64,000 nt of DNA, taken from an uncultured Bacteroidota bacterium (GTDB taxonomy: Bacteria; Bacteroidota; Bacteroidia; Bacteroidales; UBA12481). Made by a program: the position numbers and the translations under genes. Numbering within the stretch: the first letter of the stretch is position 1; each line of letters begins with the position of its first letter. The stretch covers positions 7,590 to 71,589 of the forward strand of contig CAINOB010000082.1 of NCBI GenBank assembly GCA_903851365.1, given 5' to 3'. Below are positions 1 to 9,223 of this stretch, one piece after another. Below the pieces are notes generated by a model that was not told where the DNA came from, searched no databases, and worked only from the letters and a program-made list of their open reading frames with translations.

Positions 1-548
1 AAGCAGTGCTGCAATCAAATTTGAAAGCCATTGAAGCGATTAAACCGGGTATTTTCTATAAGGATGTTCACCTCCTGTCGGCTGAAGTCATGGTGGATGC
101 CCTCAAGGAAATCGGTTTGATGAAAGGGAATACGAGGGAGGCAGTGGCTGCGGGTGCACATGCGCTGTTCTTTCCGCATGGTCTCGGACATATGATGGGC
201 CTCGATGTGCATGATATGGAAAATTACGGCCAGATCCATGTAGGTTATGATGATGAAATCAGACCATCGGATCAGTTCGGGCTTGCTTTCCTTAGGATGG
301 CCCGGAGGCTGAAACCCGGGTTCGTCATTACCGTTGAACCCGGATGTTATTTCATCCCGGCTCTCATCGACCAATGGAAAGCCGAAGGACTGCATACCGC
401 CTATATCAACTATGATGAAGTTGAAAAATATAAGGATTTTGGCGGTATCCGCATCGAAGATGATATCCTGGTCACCGAAACCGGATGCCGGGTATTAGGG
501 AAGGCAGTACCGAAGACGGTGGCTGAAATAGAGGGTCTTTTGAAGTAG
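1..548 (+). CDS. Xaa-Pro aminopeptidase / M24B metallopeptidase, C-terminal part (5' end lies outside the window)
   Basis: Reading frame is open to the window edge. The translation has HGLGHMMGLDVHD, VITVEPG and GIRIEDD metal-ligand motifs typical of M24B peptidases. Confidence 0.8.
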   Translation, partial: AVLQSNLKAIEAIKPGIFYKDVHLLSAEVMVDALKEIGLMKGNTREAVAAGAHALFFPHGLGHMMGLDVHDMENYGQIHVGYDDEIRPSDQFGLAFLRMARRLKPGFVITVEPGCYFIPALIDQWKAEGLHTAYINYDEVEKYKDFGGIRIEDDILVTETGCRVLGKAVPKTVAEIEGLLK

Positions 549-553
549 AAAGG

Positions 554-1297
554 TCACGGTTTTAGGTTGGCTACCAAAAATTCCCTGTTAAGCCGTGCAA
601 TATGAGCAATGGAAATGCCTTTCGGGCATTCCACTTCACAGGCACCGGTATTGGTACAGCTGCCGAATCCCAGTTCGTCCATTTTGGCTACCATTGCCTT
701 GGCACGGCGCACCGCTTCGGGCCGCCCTTGTGGCAGCAGGGCAAGATGTGAAACCTTGCTGGCCATGAAAAGCATGGCCGAGGAGTTTTTACAGGTAGCA
801 ACACAGGCGCCGCAGCCAATGCAAGCTGCAGCATCCATGGATTCATCCGATTTTTCCTTGGGTATTAAAATGCCGTTGCCGTCGCGGGCCGATCCGGTAT
901 TTACAGAAATAAACCCGCCTGCCTGGAGTATCTGGTCGAAGGCGCTGCGATCAACAATAAGGTCCTTGATGACTGGAAATCCGCCTGCGCGCCAGGGTTC
1001 AATAACGATGGTATCACCGTCGCTGAACTTGCGCATGTGCAATTGACAGGTGGTTATACTTTCATCGGGACCATGAGCCCGGCCATTGATAAATAAGCTG
1101 CACATGCCGCAGATTCCTTCGCGGCAGTCATGATCAAACGCTACCGGTTCGTTATTTTGCATGATGAGCTGCTCGTTCAGAACGTCCAGCATTTCCAAAA
1201 ATGAACTGTCGGGAGATATGTTTTTCAGCGAATAGGATTCAAACCGTCCCTTTGCCTTGCGGTTTTCCTGCCGCCAAACTTTTAATGTCAGGTCCAT
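554..1297 (-). CDS. sdhB: succinate dehydrogenase/fumarate reductase iron-sulfur subunit
   Basis: 247 aa with Cys clusters [20 protein letters not shown] and [12 protein letters not shown] (2Fe-2S, 4Fe-4S, 3Fe-4S). Lies directly downstream of the flavoprotein gene. Confidence 0.9.
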   Translation of the reverse strand: MDLTLKVWRQENRKAKGRFESYSLKNISPDSSFLEMLDVLNEQLIMQNNEPVAFDHDCREGICGMCSLFINGRAHGPDESITTCQLHMRKFSDGDTIVIEPWRAGGFPVIKDLIVDRSAFDQILQAGGFISVNTGSARDGNGILIPKEKSDESMDAAACIGCGACVATCKNSSAMLFMASKVSHLALLPQGRPEAVRRAKAMVAKMDELGFGSCTNTGACEVECPKGISIAHIARLNREFLVANLKP

Positions 1298-1302
1298 AGG
1301 TC

Positions 1303-3243
1303 TTATTCTTTATAATTCCGGGTTTTTACTTGGATAAACTCATAATCAAGGGCTTCCTTGTTCAATTCAGGTTCCTTTCCAGGACCTTTATATTCCCAGG
1401 CTCCCACATATTTGAAATTGTCGTCGTCGCGTTTGGCTTCGCCGTCCGACATGGCATGCTCTTCGCGGAAATGCCCGCCGCACGACTCCTCGCGGTGAAG
1501 TGCATCTTTGGCCAGCAACTCGCCAAGCTCTAGAAAGTCGGCCACTCTGTTGGCTTTTTCCAGCTCAATATTCATTGTGTCGGCATTGCCGGGAATTTTG
1601 ACATCGTTCCAGAAAAGTTCCTTAACCTTCTTAATCTTAGTGATGCCTTCTTCCAGACCAGGCTTATTTCGGCCCATGCCAACATGGTCCCACATGGCTA
1701 ATCCAAGCTCCTTATGGATCGAATCGACCGACCGTGATCCTTTGATGCCCATTAGTTTTTCGTTCCATTCCTTCGTTCCTTCCACGGCAGCAGCAAATTC
1801 AGGCTGTTTGGCAGGATCCATCCGCGGAACGGATAATTGCGATGCGAGGTAGTTTTGTATAGTGAACGGTAGAACGAAATATCCATCGGCCAGCCCCTGC
1901 ATCAAGGCTGAAGCGCCCAAACGGTTAGCCCCATGGTCAGAGAAGTTGGCCTCACCAATTGCAAACAGGCCCGGTATGGTTGTCATCAGTTCATAATCCA
2001 CCCATAAACCGCCCATCGTATAATGGATGGCCGGATAAATCATCATCGGGGTTTCATAGGGGTTTTCATCCACGATTTTCTCATACATCTGGAAAAGGTT
2101 CCCATATCTTTCTTCGATCTTGGCTTTTCCCAGGCGACTGATTGAATCTTTGAAATCAAGATAAACTGCCTGTCCCGAGCCCACTCCGTATCCGGCATCA
2201 CACCGTTCCTTGGCTGCTCTTGAAGCCACATCGCGGGGCACCAGGTTCCCGAATGCAGGATACCGGCGTTCAAGATAATAATCGCGCTTTTCGTCGGGAA
2301 GGTCCGTCGGCTTAAGCTTGCCGGCCCTAATTTTTTCGGCATCCTCTTTTTCTTTTGGTACCCAGATACGCCCATCGTTGCGAAGGCTTTCGCTCATCAG
2401 GGTCAGTTTCGACTGCGAGGCACCGTGAACGGGAATGCAGGTAGGATGGATCTGCACGAACGCCGGGTTGGCGAAGCAGGCACCCTTTTTATACGCTTTC
2501 CATATAGCGCTGGCATTTGATCCCATGGCATTTGTGGAAAGGAAAAATACGTTTCCGTATCCACCGGTAGCCAGTACCACTGCATGGCCGAAATGCGACT
2601 CGAGCTCCCCTGTCTCCAGATTGCGGGTCACAATTCCGCGTGCGATGCCATCGACCAAAACAATATCCATCATTTCCGTACGGGTATACATGGTGACATT
2701 GCCGGCAGCGATCTGGCGGTTAAGCGCTCCATAAGCTCCAAGCAGCAATTGTTGTCCGGTTTGTCCCCGGGCATAAAACGTGCGCGAAACCAGCGCTCCG
2801 CCGAATGAACGGTTATCCAGGTACCCGCCGTAATCACGGGCAAATGGAACCCCTTGACCGACGCACTGATCAATAATCTGGTTACTCACTTCGGCCAACC
2901 GGTAAACGTTGGCTTCGCGGGCACGGTAATCACCTCCCTTGATGGTATCATAAAACAGGCGATAAACGCTGTCCCCATCATTCTGATAATTTTTTGCAGC
3001 ATTGATACCCCCTTGTGCAGCAATCGAATGTGCACGGCGGGGACTATCCTGATAGCAGAAGTTTTTGACCTTAAAGCCCAGCTCTCCCAGTGAGGCTGCT
3101 GCTGATGCTCCAGCCAGACCTGTTCCGACAACGATAATATCGAATTTTCTTTTGTTGGCTGGATTTACAAGGTTCTGCGATGATTTATATTTTGACCATT
3201 TTTCGGACAGCGGTCCCGATGGTATTTTTGCGTTGAGTTTCAT
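1303..3243 (-). CDS. sdhA: succinate dehydrogenase/fumarate reductase flavoprotein subunit
   Basis: FAD motif [21 protein letters not shown] and the HYTMGG motif. The track ORF was trimmed to the ATG at 3243 (MKLNAK...), because the upstream extension overlaps sdhC. Confidence 0.92.
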   Translation of the reverse strand: MKLNAKIPSGPLSEKWSKYKSSQNLVNPANKRKFDIIVVGTGLAGASAAASLGELGFKVKNFCYQDSPRRAHSIAAQGGINAAKNYQNDGDSVYRLFYDTIKGGDYRAREANVYRLAEVSNQIIDQCVGQGVPFARDYGGYLDNRSFGGALVSRTFYARGQTGQQLLLGAYGALNRQIAAGNVTMYTRTEMMDIVLVDGIARGIVTRNLETGELESHFGHAVVLATGGYGNVFFLSTNAMGSNASAIWKAYKKGACFANPAFVQIHPTCIPVHGASQSKLTLMSESLRNDGRIWVPKEKEDAEKIRAGKLKPTDLPDEKRDYYLERRYPAFGNLVPRDVASRAAKERCDAGYGVGSGQAVYLDFKDSISRLGKAKIEERYGNLFQMYEKIVDENPYETPMMIYPAIHYTMGGLWVDYELMTTIPGLFAIGEANFSDHGANRLGASALMQGLADGYFVLPFTIQNYLASQLSVPRMDPAKQPEFAAAVEGTKEWNEKLMGIKGSRSVDSIHKELGLAMWDHVGMGRNKPGLEEGITKIKKVKELFWNDVKIPGNADTMNIELEKANRVADFLELGELLAKDALHREESCGGHFREEHAMSDGEAKRDDDNFKYVGAWEYKGPGKEPELNKEALDYEFIQVKTRNYKE

Positions 3244-3254
3244 AGTGGGAAATT

Positions 3255-3938
3255 TTATAACATGGATGAAATTTTTACCCAGAGCGGGATGATCGCAAAC
3301 CCTCCGGCAACGAGGATAGTGTAGGCCCATCCTAAAATTTCCAGACGCTTGCGCCAGCGGTTATCACTGAGACCCAGGGTTTGAAAAGCTGCCCAGAAGG
3401 CATGCGTAAGGTGCAATCCCAGAACTAAGGCTCCAATCACATAAACAATATCAATCCACCACCAGTTGATGAAAAATGTGGTGACCAGCAGATAGGTGTT
3501 TTCTACTCCGTTAACCGCTCCCTTATCGAGCAACTCGCTACCGGAAAATTTCACTTTCCAGAAGAAATTTGCAACGTGGATCACCAGAAAAATGAAAATC
3601 AGCGATCCCAAAATAAACATGTTCCGGGAGGCCCAGGAGCTGCTGTTGCCAGACTTTTGTTTGTTGTAGCCTACCGGTCGGGCCCACTGGTTGGTCAGGG
3701 TGAGGATACCTGCGTAAATGATGTGCAGGATAAACCCGATTGCCAGTATGGGTTCCACAATCCTGATAATCGGATTGGTCCCCATAAAATGAGCCGCATT
3801 GTTGAAAAGTACGCCCGATTTGTCGAACAGTATCATGCTGTTGACGAAGAGGTGAACCAGCAGAAAGGATATCAGGAATAACCCTGATAAACTCATCAGG
3901 AATTTTTTCCCGATGGATGAGTTCAGGAAACTTGCCAT
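3255..3938 (-). CDS. sdhC: succinate dehydrogenase/fumarate reductase cytochrome b subunit (Bacteroides type)
   Basis: 227 aa, about five hydrophobic helices with conserved His residues. It is the first gene of the CAB operon. Confidence 0.75.
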   Translation of the reverse strand: MASFLNSSIGKKFLMSLSGLFLISFLLVHLFVNSMILFDKSGVLFNNAAHFMGTNPIIRIVEPILAIGFILHIIYAGILTLTNQWARPVGYNKQKSGNSSSWASRNMFILGSLIFIFLVIHVANFFWKVKFSGSELLDKGAVNGVENTYLLVTTFFINWWWIDIVYVIGALVLGLHLTHAFWAAFQTLGLSDNRWRKRLEILGWAYTILVAGGFAIIPLWVKISSML

Positions 3939-4050
3939 AGATTATAGGTTTTAGTCTGAATCAGAGAATCGCTGAAATTATGGATTCCGATTCAATTTAG
4001 CAAGGTTTCTGCGGCCCTGTCATTAAAAACTATACATAGCTTTTAAATTT

Positions 4051-4141
4051 CTCCACAGATGACACAGATTTCACAGATGACTTATTCTTATCTGTGACAT
4101 CTGCGACCCCCGCCTCCGCGAGGGCAGGCTATCTGTGGATA
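4051..4141. repeat. nested inverted-repeat element built on CACAGAT units
   Basis: TCCACAGAT-GACACAGAT-TTCACAGATGA ... TATCTGTGACATCTG ... ATCTGTGGA. The outer arms TCCACAGAT/ATCTGTGGA and the inner arms TCACAGAT/ATCTGTGA are complementary. Lies immediately 3' of the 5'-nucleotidase stop codon. Confidence 0.7.
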
Positions 4142-4143
4142 GT

Positions 4144-5904
4144 TTATTTCCCTGTAAACAACCGCGCTGCATCTCGCCTGGCAGCCGGAACAGTCCAGGC
4201 TTCAGGAATGGTTTTCCAGTTGTGTATCTGAACCGGGTTGATGGTTCCCTGCTTTCGTATCCAGCCGGTTAAGAGGAACCGGAAATCCATATCCGAAGCA
4301 ATAATTAGCCTTTTAACCATTTCATCTTTGGTCAAACCGGCACCGCGACTGAGGTGATTGCCACCACCGCTGGCCCGGTAAGAATTCAGCACTACCTTAT
4401 ATCTTTTGGCAGGGTCAAAGGACTTTCCGTCCGACATGCGCAGGACCGTCACCATGTGCTCTGCCGGTTTACTGACGTCAACGGTATAGTCGATTCCCGC
4501 TGCTGAGTCGAAATTATAATAGGCATTCTTAAGCCGCCAGGTGCCGTCTGCCTGCTGATCCATATTGATCATGGGATCATCAGGCCCGGTCATGGTTTTC
4601 ATCCAGATCGAATAGGAATAATTCAGGTATCCTGATATTTCCGAACCGGTCAGGGAAATGGTGTACAGCTGATTTTCAAATCGATATAACCTGAACAAAT
4701 CCTTTACGGTCAGCGGTCCTTGCGGAATTGTTGCCCGGAATGACAGCGGTGCGGTAAAGGAAACATCGGCCCCGGTGAGTTCAAGCTGAGCGCGGTGAAT
4801 CAGGCCGGTAAATTCCGAAGGGCCGAAAAAATCATCCTCTGAGTTGATGGTTTGCGAAATAGTTCCGACCGGTTGATCAACATATTGCTGAACGGTATCG
4901 ATATAACCCTTAAACTTTGTCATGAATTCCGGATCTGGCACAAAGTTTTTCATCTGTTGATGTGTGCCGGTAATCGATGATTTAATCCAGTTTTTCCCAT
5001 TTTTTTTCATGCTGATATCGGCAACGGCAATTTCAACTGCCCGGCTTTCTGAACCCAGGATCAGCACGGAATCCCCCTTGGGTCCTGCAACCCGGAGATT
5101 CCAGGAACGGTGATCGTGTCCGCAAAACACAATATCGAACCCGGCAACCTGTTCGGCAACGAGTCGTGAAGCATTTTCATTCAGGGGCTTATCCGCCCGC
5201 TCCTGGCCATAGGTTGGATCAAATCCGGCATGAAACAGCCCGATCATCAGGTCCGGTTTTTCATTGGTCAGGATTTTGGGGGTCCAAACTTTGGCAGTTT
5301 CAATCATGTCAAGGAACTCCAGTCCCGTCCAAAGTGCCGGTGGCAGCCAGTCGGGGATTTTTGGGGTGATCAGACCAAGAACTGCAATTTTGATTCCTGA
5401 GCGGTAAATAATAGTATAGGGTTTAAATGCGGGTTCATTCGTACCCGTTTTAACACTGTTTGCCGCCATCCATGGAAACTTGTATTCTTTGGCCAGCTTG
5501 TCATAAACGGGATGACCGGTTTCGATATCATGGTTTCCAACGCTTCCGGCAGCGTAGCCCATAAAATTGAGGATCAGGGCCGCAATATTCGGTTTCCCGG
5601 GATCCACAAAATTGGAGTAATACGAAGCAGGATCACCCTGTATGAGATCGCCGTTATCCAGCAGAATCAGGTTCTCTCCCAATGTTTTCCGTTGCTCCCG
5701 TGCCCAGGCGGATACCTGCGCAAGCGAGCCGGGTATCTGCTTGCCAGTATTCCAGTCGGCAGGGAAATAGGCTCCATGAACATCAGTGGTTACCCCTATC
5801 CGGATTAAAACATCACCTTTCTGGGCATAGGTCAGGCTGATACCTACAGGTAAGGCAAACGCCAATAGAATCAGTAATATCAGCTTGTGAGGGAACTTTG
5901 ACAT
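4144..5904 (-). CDS. bifunctional metallophosphatase/5'-nucleotidase (UshA-like), secreted
   Basis: Signal peptide, calcineurin-type motifs (DVHG, GDLIQG, GNHD, GHDH) and a C-terminal 5'-nucleotidase-like half. The ATG at 5904 is preferred over the TTG at 5922. Confidence 0.8.
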   Translation of the reverse strand: MSKFPHKLILLILLAFALPVGISLTYAQKGDVLIRIGVTTDVHGAYFPADWNTGKQIPGSLAQVSAWAREQRKTLGENLILLDNGDLIQGDPASYYSNFVDPGKPNIAALILNFMGYAAGSVGNHDIETGHPVYDKLAKEYKFPWMAANSVKTGTNEPAFKPYTIIYRSGIKIAVLGLITPKIPDWLPPALWTGLEFLDMIETAKVWTPKILTNEKPDLMIGLFHAGFDPTYGQERADKPLNENASRLVAEQVAGFDIVFCGHDHRSWNLRVAGPKGDSVLILGSESRAVEIAVADISMKKNGKNWIKSSITGTHQQMKNFVPDPEFMTKFKGYIDTVQQYVDQPVGTISQTINSEDDFFGPSEFTGLIHRAQLELTGADVSFTAPLSFRATIPQGPLTVKDLFRLYRFENQLYTISLTGSEISGYLNYSYSIWMKTMTGPDDPMINMDQQADGTWRLKNAYYNFDSAAGIDYTVDVSKPAEHMVTVLRMSDGKSFDPAKRYKVVLNSYRASGGGNHLSRGAGLTKDEMVKRLIIASDMDFRFLLTGWIRKQGTINPVQIHNWKTIPEAWTVPAARRDAARLFTGK

Positions 5905-5977
5905 AGTATTTCTTTTGGTCAAATATAACTGAAAAACCGGGTCCCGGCTCAGGAATTTAACCCCTTGCCAGCACCCG

Positions 5978-6045
5978 GTCTTCCGTCTATCGGTCTACTA
6001 TCTTCCGTCTATCGCTCTTCTTCTTCGTTTATCGTCTATCGGTCT
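5978..6045. repeat. low-complexity CGTCTATCG-type repeats at the gene 3' end
   Basis: TCTTCCGTCTATCG occurs at 5979-5992 and 6001-6014. CGTCTATCGGTCT occurs at 5984-5996 and 6033-6045. A 19-nt inverted copy of 5978-5996 lies at 61604-61622. Confidence 0.7.
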
Positions 6046-6803
6046 TCTTTCTCGTTCTTTTCGCTCTTCTTCTTCGTCTTCTCTTCCTTAATGTTGGTGT
6101 TTTTCACCTTCATCGGTTTTCCATCGATAATGATCACTTTCCGTTCAATGTTAGCGGGTTTGCCTTCAGCTTCGATCTCTTTTCCTTCAACTTCAACCTC
6201 TTTGCCATTTACCTCTACTTCTTTTTCATCAGCCTCTCTTAAAGTGCCCATCATTTGCATACCGCGACCTCCCATCTGCATGCCTCGACCTCCCATCTGC
6301 ATACCGCGACCTCTCATCTGCATGCCGGCTCCGCGCATCATTCCTGGCTGTCCGGGTTCCTCCATCATGCCCTTAATATGCTGTTTAGCTTTAAAATCCC
6401 ATATTTTCATCTGTTCGGGAGTCAAAATTTTCTTTACTGCGTCGCGATGAGCAATACCTTTTTTCATCAGCTCACCTTTTAAGTTCGAAAGCATATCAAT
6501 GGTTTTATCCAGGTCATTTACGTCCCGGTTTTCCATATCCAAAAGGGTTTTGATATGAGCCATTTTTTCCCCGATCAGGTTTTTGACATTCAGGGTTTCT
6601 TCCTGAAATTTTGCCCTCAGTTCGGCCATCTGCTTTTGCTGATCTTCAGTGAGCTTAAGCTTTTCCACCTGATTTGCCATCATGGGCCGCTCACCGGTCC
6701 TGAACCTTACATTCGTTTGTTGGGCTGATACAAACGAGGAAATTCCCGTAGCGAGTAACAGAACTGTTAAAATCCCCGCACTCTTTAAAATTATGTTTTT
6801 CAT
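6036..6803 (-). CDS. periplasmic Spy/CpxP-family (LTXXQ) protein with a Met/Gly/Arg-rich and Glu/Lys-rich C-terminal extension
   Basis: Signal peptide MKNIILKSAGILTVLLLATGISSFVSAQ and LTXXQ motifs (LTEDQ, LTPEQ). ATG at 6803. Confidence 0.6.
   Translation of the reverse strand: MKNIILKSAGILTVLLLATGISSFVSAQQTNVRFRTGERPMMANQVEKLKLTEDQQKQMAELRAKFQEETLNVKNLIGEKMAHIKTLLDMENRDVNDLDKTIDMLSNLKGELMKKGIAHRDAVKKILTPEQMKIWDFKAKQHIKGMMEEPGQPGMMRGAGMQMRGRGMQMGGRGMQMGGRGMQMMGTLREADEKEVEVNGKEVEVEGKEIEAEGKPANIERKVIIIDGKPMKVKNTNIKEEKTKKKSEKNEKEDR
6252..6335. repeat. 4 x 21-bp tandem repeat inside the CDS, encoding (G)RGMQM(G) units
   Basis: CATYTGCATRCCKCGACCTCY units start at 6252, 6273, 6294 and 6315. Confidence 0.8.
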
Positions 6804-6854
6804 GACATCCTCACTTAATTGTTTGTTCTTTAGACAGAACGGAGGAAGCAAGGT

Positions 6855-8468
6855 TTAAGGGGTTTTCCCTTTTAATAATTCAACAGCTTGATTCAGTGTA
6901 TTATCTATCGCCTGAATGACAGGATAAAAGCCCTCATTATCAAGAAAATTGCGTGCTATATAGGCTTTTAGCTGGGTTCGGATAATCAGTTTTGACTCTT
7001 TCCACTCGAATGTCGTAGGATTATACCCAAGCGAGCTGATATAGGTTTTAAAAGAGCCTGAAACATCTTTCGAATCGAGATAATCAACAAACTCATCAAC
7101 CCTGTTAAATGCTGAAAGCTCATCGCGATGGAGATCGGAATAGGTTAGGGCATATTTATAGATCAGGCCTGCGGTGTTGATTTTAAGGAAGAAAGGTGTT
7201 ATTCCTGATGTATCGTAGGGAACAAAATAGTCTGGCATAATTCCACCTCCACCATAAACGATGCGCCCCCCGGGAGTGGTAAATTTCAGGCTGTCGATAA
7301 AATGAATGCTGTCGGCAACCATAAATTCACCTTTTTTATATCGTTGTGCGATGTCGTGATAATAATCGTTCAGTCCGTGGGCATAGGATTTTTGTATGGA
7401 ACGGCCCGTGGGTGTGTAATATCGTGCGGTAGTCAGCCTGAGTGCTGATCCATCATTCATGACTGCCTGCTCCTGGACGAGTCCTTTTCCGAAGGAGCGA
7501 CGGCCTACAATCCAGCCGCGATCATTGTCCTGGATGGCCCCGGCTACAATTTCCGATGCGGAAGCTGATCCTTCGTCGATAAGGATGGCCAGGTCGATAT
7601 TTTCTCCACTATCTTCCTGAGTGGCAAGAAATTCTTCCCTTGCCCGCGAATGGCCCTGCGTATAAACAATTAATTTCCCTTTATCGAGAAAATCATCTGC
7701 TATCCTGATGGCTGGATCCATAATACCCCCTGCATTCCCGCGCAAATCAATGATAAGTTTATGACATCCCCGGCGCTTTAATTTCGATAGAACTTCCTGA
7801 AATTCAGGATAAGTGGTCTGCGAGAATGTGTTTATTTTAATATAGCCTATATCGGAAGTGATCATATACCCAACATCAATACTCGATACAGGAATGATTC
7901 CGCGTTTAAGGGTATAAACATGGTTTTCCCTGGTCCGTTTCCGGTAGATCCCAACCTTGACTTCTGAGTTTTTTTCGCCCCTCAAACGGTTGACGATACT
8001 GTCTTCGGGCATTTTAACCCCTGCAACCGTAACGCCATCCACACTGATAATCCGGTCACCAGCCAAGAGCCCGGCCTTTTCGGAAGGGCCGCCTTTTACA
8101 GTCTGAATAACCAGGATGGAATCATTCTGCATATTGAATTGCACTCCGATACCATCAAAATTTCCACGCAAGGTTTCATTTACACCGATCAATTCCCGAG
8201 GTGGAATATATATACTGTGAGGGTCAAGTTTTTCAAGAATTATTGGAATGATTGATTCTTCGATGGAATCAATCTTAACAGAATCCACGTAATTGCTTTC
8301 AATAAAGTCGAGAACAGAGGAGAGCTTATCCTGCCGGTTAAATATTTTCACCGGAAGCTGGCTACCATTATGGGTGTGAAAATGATTGCCGATAAACATA
8401 CCTGTGACCAAACAGCAGGCAAGCGCTACTGGAAGCCAAATGGCTGTTCTGGAATTTTTACCTGGCAT
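6855..8468 (-). CDS. S41 family C-terminal processing peptidase (PDZ domain)
   Basis: PDZ segment GGPSEKAGLLAGDRIISVDG, S41 core RGNAGG, SASASE and GRRSFGKG. Confidence 0.85.
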   Translation of the reverse strand: MPGKNSRTAIWLPVALACCLVTGMFIGNHFHTHNGSQLPVKIFNRQDKLSSVLDFIESNYVDSVKIDSIEESIIPIILEKLDPHSIYIPPRELIGVNETLRGNFDGIGVQFNMQNDSILVIQTVKGGPSEKAGLLAGDRIISVDGVTVAGVKMPEDSIVNRLRGEKNSEVKVGIYRKRTRENHVYTLKRGIIPVSSIDVGYMITSDIGYIKINTFSQTTYPEFQEVLSKLKRRGCHKLIIDLRGNAGGIMDPAIRIADDFLDKGKLIVYTQGHSRAREEFLATQEDSGENIDLAILIDEGSASASEIVAGAIQDNDRGWIVGRRSFGKGLVQEQAVMNDGSALRLTTARYYTPTGRSIQKSYAHGLNDYYHDIAQRYKKGEFMVADSIHFIDSLKFTTPGGRIVYGGGGIMPDYFVPYDTSGITPFFLKINTAGLIYKYALTYSDLHRDELSAFNRVDEFVDYLDSKDVSGSFKTYISSLGYNPTTFEWKESKLIIRTQLKAYIARNFLDNEGFYPVIQAIDNTLNQAVELLKGKTP

Positions 8469-8482
8469 GTTGTTGGAAGGAT

Positions 8483-8914
8483 TTATTCGACCGATAGAAA
8501 TACGGTGCTTATACCGGCTCTCTTCAATAATTCAAGACCATCGGTAATCCGGTATTCTTCTCCGTATACAACCCTGACGATCCCCGATTGGATGATCAGC
8601 TTTGCACATTCCAGGCAAGGGGAAGCGGTGGTATAGAGGGTTGCTCCTTTTGAGCTGTTGCTGCTCTGAGCAACTTTAGTAATGGCATTTGCCTCGGCAT
8701 GAAGGACATACGCTTTGGTATTTCCTGAATCATCCTCGCAGATATTTTCGAAACCGGTGGGGGTGCCATTATACCCGTCGGATATGACCATGCGTTCTTT
8801 TACAATCAGGGCTCCGACTTTCCGGCGATTACAATATGAATTTTCGGCCCAGATCCGAGCCATTCGCAGATACCGGCGATCGAACTGTGCCTGTTTATCT
8901 TCGCTGGAATTCAT
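8483..8914 (-). CDS. dCMP deaminase (ComEB-like zinc deaminase)
   Basis: HAEANAI and PCLECAKLI zinc motifs. The ATG at 8914 is preferred over the TTG at 8938. Confidence 0.8.
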   Translation of the reverse strand: MNSSEDKQAQFDRRYLRMARIWAENSYCNRRKVGALIVKERMVISDGYNGTPTGFENICEDDSGNTKAYVLHAEANAITKVAQSSNSSKGATLYTTASPCLECAKLIIQSGIVRVVYGEEYRITDGLELLKRAGISTVFLSVE

Positions 8915-8948
8915 TTGAGAGGCTGAAAAAAGACGCAATTATGCGCCT

Positions 8949-9062
8949 CTACTTTGTTTCGGCTTTTACTACCGGTTTAGCATCAGATTTCTTTGGCCTT
9001 GAAACCCCGTAAGATCCCATGAATAACTTGCCGCGTTTGGTTTTTTTATCTCCTTTTCCCAT
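8949..9062 (-). CDS. 30S ribosomal protein Thx (bTHX), 37 aa
   Basis: Manual minus-strand translation gives MGKGDKKTKRGKLFMGSYGVSRPKKSDAKPVVKAETK (ATG 9062-9060, TAG 8951-8949). It has the MGKGD..RGK...G.YG..RP signature. It is too short to appear in the supplied ORF track. Confidence 0.75.
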   Translation of the reverse strand: MGKGDKKTKRGKLFMGSYGVSRPKKSDAKPVVKAETK

Positions 9063-9223
9063 GATCAATGATGTGATTTATAATGAGGCGACAAAGGTAA
9101 GAAGATTTTATTAACAACAGCCATTCGAATGGCCTTCCATACAATTTGACGAACGAAACGGTTAAATTCTGATTTTCAGTTAATCTTGTAATTTATTAAC
9201 TTTAGCAATATAATGCGAATCGA

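Noticed and set aside
3244-3330. The ORF track contains N-terminal extensions such as sdhA to 3330, 5'-nucleotidase to 5922, dCMP deaminase to 8938, rbfA to 54618, glyQS from 57404 and the YfhO-like gene from 59009.
   Set aside because: The extensions start at TTG or GTG, overlap neighbouring genes or repeats, or precede an ATG followed by a canonical N-terminus or signal peptide. Shorter starts were used.
5965-6450. A 161-aa plus-strand ORF is rich in Ser/Phe/Pro/Ile repeats.
   Set aside because: It is the antisense reading of the repeat-rich Spy/CpxP-like gene and the adjacent low-complexity repeat. It has no start context or recognisable fold.
9121-9132. A perfect 12-bp palindrome, CCATTCGAATGG, lies in the divergent region between Thx and the PAS kinase.
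   Set aside because: It is a single short palindrome with no second copy in the window. It cannot be distinguished from chance without genome-wide motif counts.
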